Part shown: positions 59,807 to 64,000 of the stretch, piece after piece
Position numbering within the stretch: the first letter of the stretch is position 1
Layout: each line of letters opens with the position of its first letter
From: an uncultured Bifidobacterium sp.
GTDB taxonomy: Bacteria > Actinomycetota > Actinomycetes > S36-B12 > UBA5976
Assembly (NCBI GenBank): GCA_964655115.1
Contig: CAZZKM010000001.1
Span: 27,708-91,707 of the forward strand
Reading direction: 5' to 3'
DNA: 64,000 bases
Made by a program: the position numbers and the translations under genes
Notes under the pieces: model-generated
Told to the model about the DNA's origin: nothing
Database searches by the model: none
Seen by the model: only the letters and a program-made list of their open reading frames with translations

Positions 59807-60955
59807 ATGGAAGAAACAACCAATTCACCAACACCAGGATTTGCCACGATGCCAACTAAACCTTCATGGGAAAGAAAAAAGAAGAGAACACCACTTTCTG
59901 CAGTCGTAGTTATTTCTTTATTAGTAGGTGGAGCTGCAGGCGGAGCAGTAGGTTTTGTTGCTGCTGATTTAGCTAATGGTGTTTCAAGTACTACAACACC
60001 AACAATTCAAACTCCAACTGTAAACACAAATGTTCCCATTACTCCTGCTAATGAAACTGTTTCTCAAATAGTGCAAAACGTAAAATCAAGTGTCGTATCG
60101 ATTAAAGCTGAAGGAAATTCAGGTACAGGTACAGGTTCTGGATTTATTTACAGACAAGATGGATACATCATTACAAATAATCACGTTGTGGCACCAGCTT
60201 TAAACGGTGGAAAATTAACAGTTTATTTAGAAGATAAAACAGAATTTGAAGCAAGATTAATTGGTAGAAATCCTTCATATGATTTAGCTGTTTTAAAAAT
60301 TGAATCTACTGGTTTAAGTCCTGTAAAAATTGGTGATTCAAATTCATTAAATGTCGGAGATTTAACAGTTGCTTTTGGTTCACCACTTGGTTTAAGTGGC
60401 ACGGTTACATCAGGAATTGTTAGTGCAGTTAATCGTCCAGTAACAGCTGGGGGACAAGATGATCAATCATTTATTTCTGCAATTCAAACCGATGCTGCAA
60501 TTAATCCCGGTAATTCAGGTGGTCCATTAGTAAATGGTCAAGCAGAAGTAATTGGAGTAAATTCTGCAATTGCAACTTTAGGTTTTGGTGGCCAAAGTGG
60601 AAGTATTGGTCTGGGTTTTGCAATTCCGATGAATCAAGCTCAAAGAATAATTACCGAAATAATAAATACTGGAAAATCAACAACACCAATTGCAGGAATA
60701 AGTGTTGATTCAACTTATCAAGGTGTAGGTGCACGAATCGCAGAAGTTGTAGCAGATGGTCCTGCTTCAAAAACTGATCTAAAAACAGGTGATGTTGTGA
60801 CAAGAATTAATGGAGAAATTGTTGGTGATTCAACTGAATTAATTGTGGCAATCAGAAGAAATAATCCAGGAGACACCATTGTGTTAACTGTAAAAAATTC
60901 TTCAGGAAATGAAAGAGAAGTTAGTGTGGTATTGGGAAGCAGAGAAGAAGGTTAA
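59807..60955 (+). CDS. htrA: HtrA/DegP-like serine protease with PDZ domain
   Basis: TM anchor, GTGSGFI, TNNHV, DLAVLK, QTDAAINPGNSGGPL and a PDZ domain. Confidence 0.96.
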   Translation: MEETTNSPTPGFATMPTKPSWERKKKRTPLSAVVVISLLVGGAAGGAVGFVAADLANGVSSTTTPTIQTPTVNTNVPITPANETVSQIVQNVKSSVVSIKAEGNSGTGTGSGFIYRQDGYIITNNHVVAPALNGGKLTVYLEDKTEFEARLIGRNPSYDLAVLKIESTGLSPVKIGDSNSLNVGDLTVAFGSPLGLSGTVTSGIVSAVNRPVTAGGQDDQSFISAIQTDAAINPGNSGGPLVNGQAEVIGVNSAIATLGFGGQSGSIGLGFAIPMNQAQRIITEIINTGKSTTPIAGISVDSTYQGVGARIAEVVADGPASKTDLKTGDVVTRINGEIVGDSTELIVAIRRNNPGDTIVLTVKNSSGNEREVSVVLGSREEG

Positions 60956-62076
60956 TTAGTAAGTAGTCCTAAATTTTTACCCACTAAACCTTTTGGATTT
61001 TTTACTAAAGAATTTGCAATATGCATAATTTCTTTACTTGCTAAAGAATCAGGATCAGACAAAATTAAAGGTTTGCCATCATCTGCACCTTCTCTAAGTT
61101 TTACATCAAAAGGTACTTTTCCTAAAACTTTTACTTCTGTGCCCAATTCATTAGTAAGAGCTTTTGCAACATTATCTCCGCCACCTTTGCCAAATAAATC
61201 CATGATTTCTCCACACTTAGGACAAATAACACCACTCATGTTTTCAATAACTCCCACAACTCTTTGATGAGTTTGTTTAGCTAATGTTCCTGATCTAACT
61301 GCAACTTCTGCAGCACCTATTTGAGGAGTAGTGATAACAATAATTTCTGATTTAGGAACTAATTGAGCAACACTTATTGCCACATCTCCTGTACCTGGTG
61401 GTAAATCAAGAAGTAATACATCTAAATCTCCCCACCACACATCTGTCATAAATTGCTCAACTGCTTTGTGAAGCATTGGGCCTCGGAATGCAATTGGTTG
61501 AGTTACTCCACCTGGTTTGAATGCCAACATAGAAATAACTCTTAATCCATGAGCCAATTGCGGCATGATCATGCCTTCTACAACTGTTGGCGCATTTGTT
61601 ACACCCATAATTCTTGGAATGGAATGACCATAAATATCTGCATCAAGAATTCCCACGGATAAACCTATCTTAGAAAAAGCAATTCCTAGATTTGCAGTAA
61701 TTGAAGATTTTCCAACTCCACCTTTACCAGAAGCTATTGCATAAACTCTGGTTAAATTTCTTTCACTGGCAAAAGGATTATCTTTAACTGGCCCTCTTAG
61801 TTGTTCTCGTAACTTTTTTCGTTGAGCATCATTCATTACATCTAAATCAACTTTTACATTTGCATTTTCATCTACTTTTTTAACAGCATTAGTAACTCTA
61901 TTTACGATTTCTTGCCTTAAAGGACAGCCTTCAACTGTTAAATAAATATCGACTTGTACATTTAAGTCTGAAACTTCAACATTTTTAACCATACCAATTT
62001 CAGTTATTGGTCTTCGAATTTCTGGGTCTTGCACTGTGGCAAGAGCGGTCATTACTGTTTCTTTAGTTAAAGACAC
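60952..62076 (-). CDS. mrp: Mrp/NBP35 Fe-S carrier ATPase
   Basis: DPEIRRPITE, ASGKGGVGKS, DADIYG, DLPPGTGD and ENMS...CPKC motifs. Confidence 0.96.
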   Translation of the reverse strand: MSLTKETVMTALATVQDPEIRRPITEIGMVKNVEVSDLNVQVDIYLTVEGCPLRQEIVNRVTNAVKKVDENANVKVDLDVMNDAQRKKLREQLRGPVKDNPFASERNLTRVYAIASGKGGVGKSSITANLGIAFSKIGLSVGILDADIYGHSIPRIMGVTNAPTVVEGMIMPQLAHGLRVISMLAFKPGGVTQPIAFRGPMLHKAVEQFMTDVWWGDLDVLLLDLPPGTGDVAISVAQLVPKSEIIVITTPQIGAAEVAVRSGTLAKQTHQRVVGVIENMSGVICPKCGEIMDLFGKGGGDNVAKALTNELGTEVKVLGKVPFDVKLREGADDGKPLILSDPDSLASKEIMHIANSLVKNPKGLVGKNLGLLTN

Positions 62077-62085
62077 GTTTTGCTT

Positions 62086-62583
62086 TTATTCCGATTCTTT
62101 TTTCTCGTTAGAGAATTGAATTTCTTCGATTAATTCTCTTAATTCATTTTTTATGTAGTCACGAGTTGCAACATCACTTAAGGCTATGCGTAAATCAGCT
62201 AATTCGCGAGCCAAGAATTCAGAATCTGCCAAAAGTCTTGCAGCTTGAGTTCTATCTTGAGCAATTTGAACTCTATCTCTATCTGCTTGACGATTCTGCG
62301 CAAGCAAAATTAAAGGAGCTGCATATGAAGCTTGTAACGAAAGCATCAAAGTTAAAGCTAAGAATGGCCATGGATCTACTCGATAATTTTCTGGACCCAC
62401 TGTGTTCCATAAAACCCAGCCAATTATAAAAATCGTCATTAAAGCGATAAATCGCCATGAACCAATTTTTCTAGCTACTCTTTCACTTAATAATCCGAAT
62501 CTTTCTGGATCGTAAGGATTTTTAAATTGCAAACCTCTGCTTCTTGGTTGATCAAGACGAGATGATCTTATTTTTTTACTCAT
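62086..62583 (-). CDS. DUF1003-family membrane protein
   Basis: DPWPFLALTLMLSLQASYAAPLILLAQNRQADRDR motif. Confidence 0.95.
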   Translation of the reverse strand: MSKKIRSSRLDQPRSRGLQFKNPYDPERFGLLSERVARKIGSWRFIALMTIFIIGWVLWNTVGPENYRVDPWPFLALTLMLSLQASYAAPLILLAQNRQADRDRVQIAQDRTQAARLLADSEFLARELADLRIALSDVATRDYIKNELRELIEEIQFSNEKKESE

Positions 62584-63827
62584 CTGTTCACCTCAATTGC
62601 ATCTTGATCGCGCCAATCATCTGGCAACATGTGATCAATAACGTCATCTACAGTTACAGCGCCTAACAAACGATTTTCAGAATCAACTACAGGAAGTGCA
62701 ACTAAGTTATAGGTTGCAAAATACCTAGTGACTAAGGCAAGAGAAGTATTTGGTTCAACGGGTTTTAATTCGGTATCAATAACACTTGAAACTAAAGTTC
62801 CAGGAGCTTCTCTTAAAAGTCTTTGCATGTGTGCAACACCTAAAAATTTTCCAGTTGGTGTATCAAGTGGAGGTCTTACAACATAAACCTGACTAGCTAA
62901 TGAAGGTGGTAATTCTGGATTTCTTACATTTGCTAAAGCTTCAGCCACAGTTGCATCTGGTGGTAAAACTATTGGCTCAGTAGTCATCATTCCACCAGCT
63001 GTGTAATCACCATAAGTTAAAAGTCTTCTTAAATCATCTGCTTCTTCTGGTTCCATTAACTCCAAATATTCTTCAGCTTTTTGTGGTGGTAATTCCTTTA
63101 ATAAATCTGCTGCATCATCTGGCGCCATTTCTTCAATAACATCAGCTGCTCTTTCAATTTCTAATTTTTCAACAATAGAAACTCTTGTTTCTTCACTCAT
63201 TTCTTCTAAAACATCAGCAAGTCTTTCATCATCTAATTTTGATAAAACTTCAACTTGTTTATTAATTTCAAAATCAGCAATATATGTTGCAATGTCAGGT
63301 GCTCTCATGTCATTGATTGAAATAAGAGTGTTATCAACAGGTTGATTTGATTCTTGCAAAGTCAAACCCTCAACTTCACTCCAATCAGCAAAGAATTTTT
63401 CACCACGTCTACCAAATCTGGTTGAAGCTCGTTTTAAATAAATTTTTGTTATGTGCCAATCAGCACCTGGTCTTGACTGTTCCATTGCAATATCTAGCAA
63501 AGTAACTTCTTCACCTGTTTTTTTCATTTTCATTTTGCGATCTAAAAGTTGTCCGATTACACGAGATTCAGATTCTCTTTGTTCAAATCTGCGCATATTT
63601 ACAACACCTGTAGAAATAATTTGTCGAGATTCAAATTCATTAACTCTAGAAATAGGTAAAAATACAATTCTTCTTTGAGGAACTTCAACTAAAAGACCGA
63701 TAATTCGTGGAGGATTATTGCTATGTCTTAAATGAACGAGGGTATCGCGAACTTTGCCCAGCTGATCTCCTTGCGGATCAAATACAGCTGTGCCTGTTAA
63801 GCGAGATATAAATATACGGTCAGTCAC
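62580..63827 (-). CDS. MgtE N-terminal/CBS-domain protein (no membrane domain)
   Basis: PRC-barrel-like N-terminus, DERLADVLEEM, TAGGMMTTEP and CBS pair ending LLGAVTVDDVID. GTG lies 6 nt after TAGACT. Confidence 0.9.
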   Translation of the reverse strand: MTDRIFISRLTGTAVFDPQGDQLGKVRDTLVHLRHSNNPPRIIGLLVEVPQRRIVFLPISRVNEFESRQIISTGVVNMRRFEQRESESRVIGQLLDRKMKMKKTGEEVTLLDIAMEQSRPGADWHITKIYLKRASTRFGRRGEKFFADWSEVEGLTLQESNQPVDNTLISINDMRAPDIATYIADFEINKQVEVLSKLDDERLADVLEEMSEETRVSIVEKLEIERAADVIEEMAPDDAADLLKELPPQKAEEYLELMEPEEADDLRRLLTYGDYTAGGMMTTEPIVLPPDATVAEALANVRNPELPPSLASQVYVVRPPLDTPTGKFLGVAHMQRLLREAPGTLVSSVIDTELKPVEPNTSLALVTRYFATYNLVALPVVDSENRLLGAVTVDDVIDHMLPDDWRDQDAIEVNR

Positions 63828-63870
63828 AACGTGAGTCTACTTCTTACTTGTGATTGACTTTTACTCTTAT

Positions 63871-64000
63871 ATGAAATTTACGAATACATTAAGCAAAAAT
63901 TCATTTGATTTTGTAATTCTTGCCATTGCCATATTAGCCATATCTACTTCTGGCCCCTTAATAACAATTACGGCAGCACCAGCATTGGCGATTGCATTTT
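63871..64000 (+). CDS. EamA/DMT-family transporter (partial, runs off the window)
   Basis: MKFTNTLSKNSFDFVILAIAILAISTSGPLITITAAPALAIAF; the STSGPL...AAPALAIAF motif is typical of the DMT gene next to MgtE-like genes. Confidence 0.8.
   Translation, partial: MKFTNTLSKNSFDFVILAIAILAISTSGPLITITAAPALAIAF

Overview
A 64-kb chromosomal segment from a very AT-rich (roughly one-third GC by eye), tightly packed actinomycete, most like a streamlined Nanopelagicales-type aquatic lineage (an inference from gene order and composition). The backbone follows the conserved Actinomycetia order seen in Mycobacterium and Streptomyces: mfd-mazG-eno-divIC-DUF501-ppx-tRNA-Leu(UAA); yccA-msrA-ilvA-ABC-greA-DUF4307-mca; phoH2-fum-DUF4245-xseBA-ispH-rmuC-ychF-typA-bldK-like peptide ABC-S9 peptidase-mshB; fdxA-dapD-dapE-DUF3117-O-methyltransferase-htrA-mrp-DUF1003-MgtE-like. 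Several genes expected at these loci are absent (cbs/metB, glpX, dapC, sigE/rseA, tatB). I see no CRISPR, rRNA, integrase or transposase. The most interesting element is an accessory block right after tRNA-Leu (about 9.5-17.3 kb). It contains a class IIb HDAC-like amidohydrolase (HDAH type) apparently co-transcribed with a complete AmiC/UrtA-type amide ABC importer, followed by a FadD-type acyl-CoA ligase, which suggests an uncharacterised N-acyl-amide scavenging pathway. One of its permeases appears to start at a non-canonical ATT codon, with a long hairpin inside its first codons. Other notable items are a 40%-lysine histone-H1-like protein, a FilP/DivIVA-like coiled-coil gene divergent from a VanW gene, an atypical CysRS, pheA-tyrA in the dapC position, a disrupted DUF4307 gene, two small conserved genes missed by the ORF track, and many leaderless-type promoters that correct several ORF starts.
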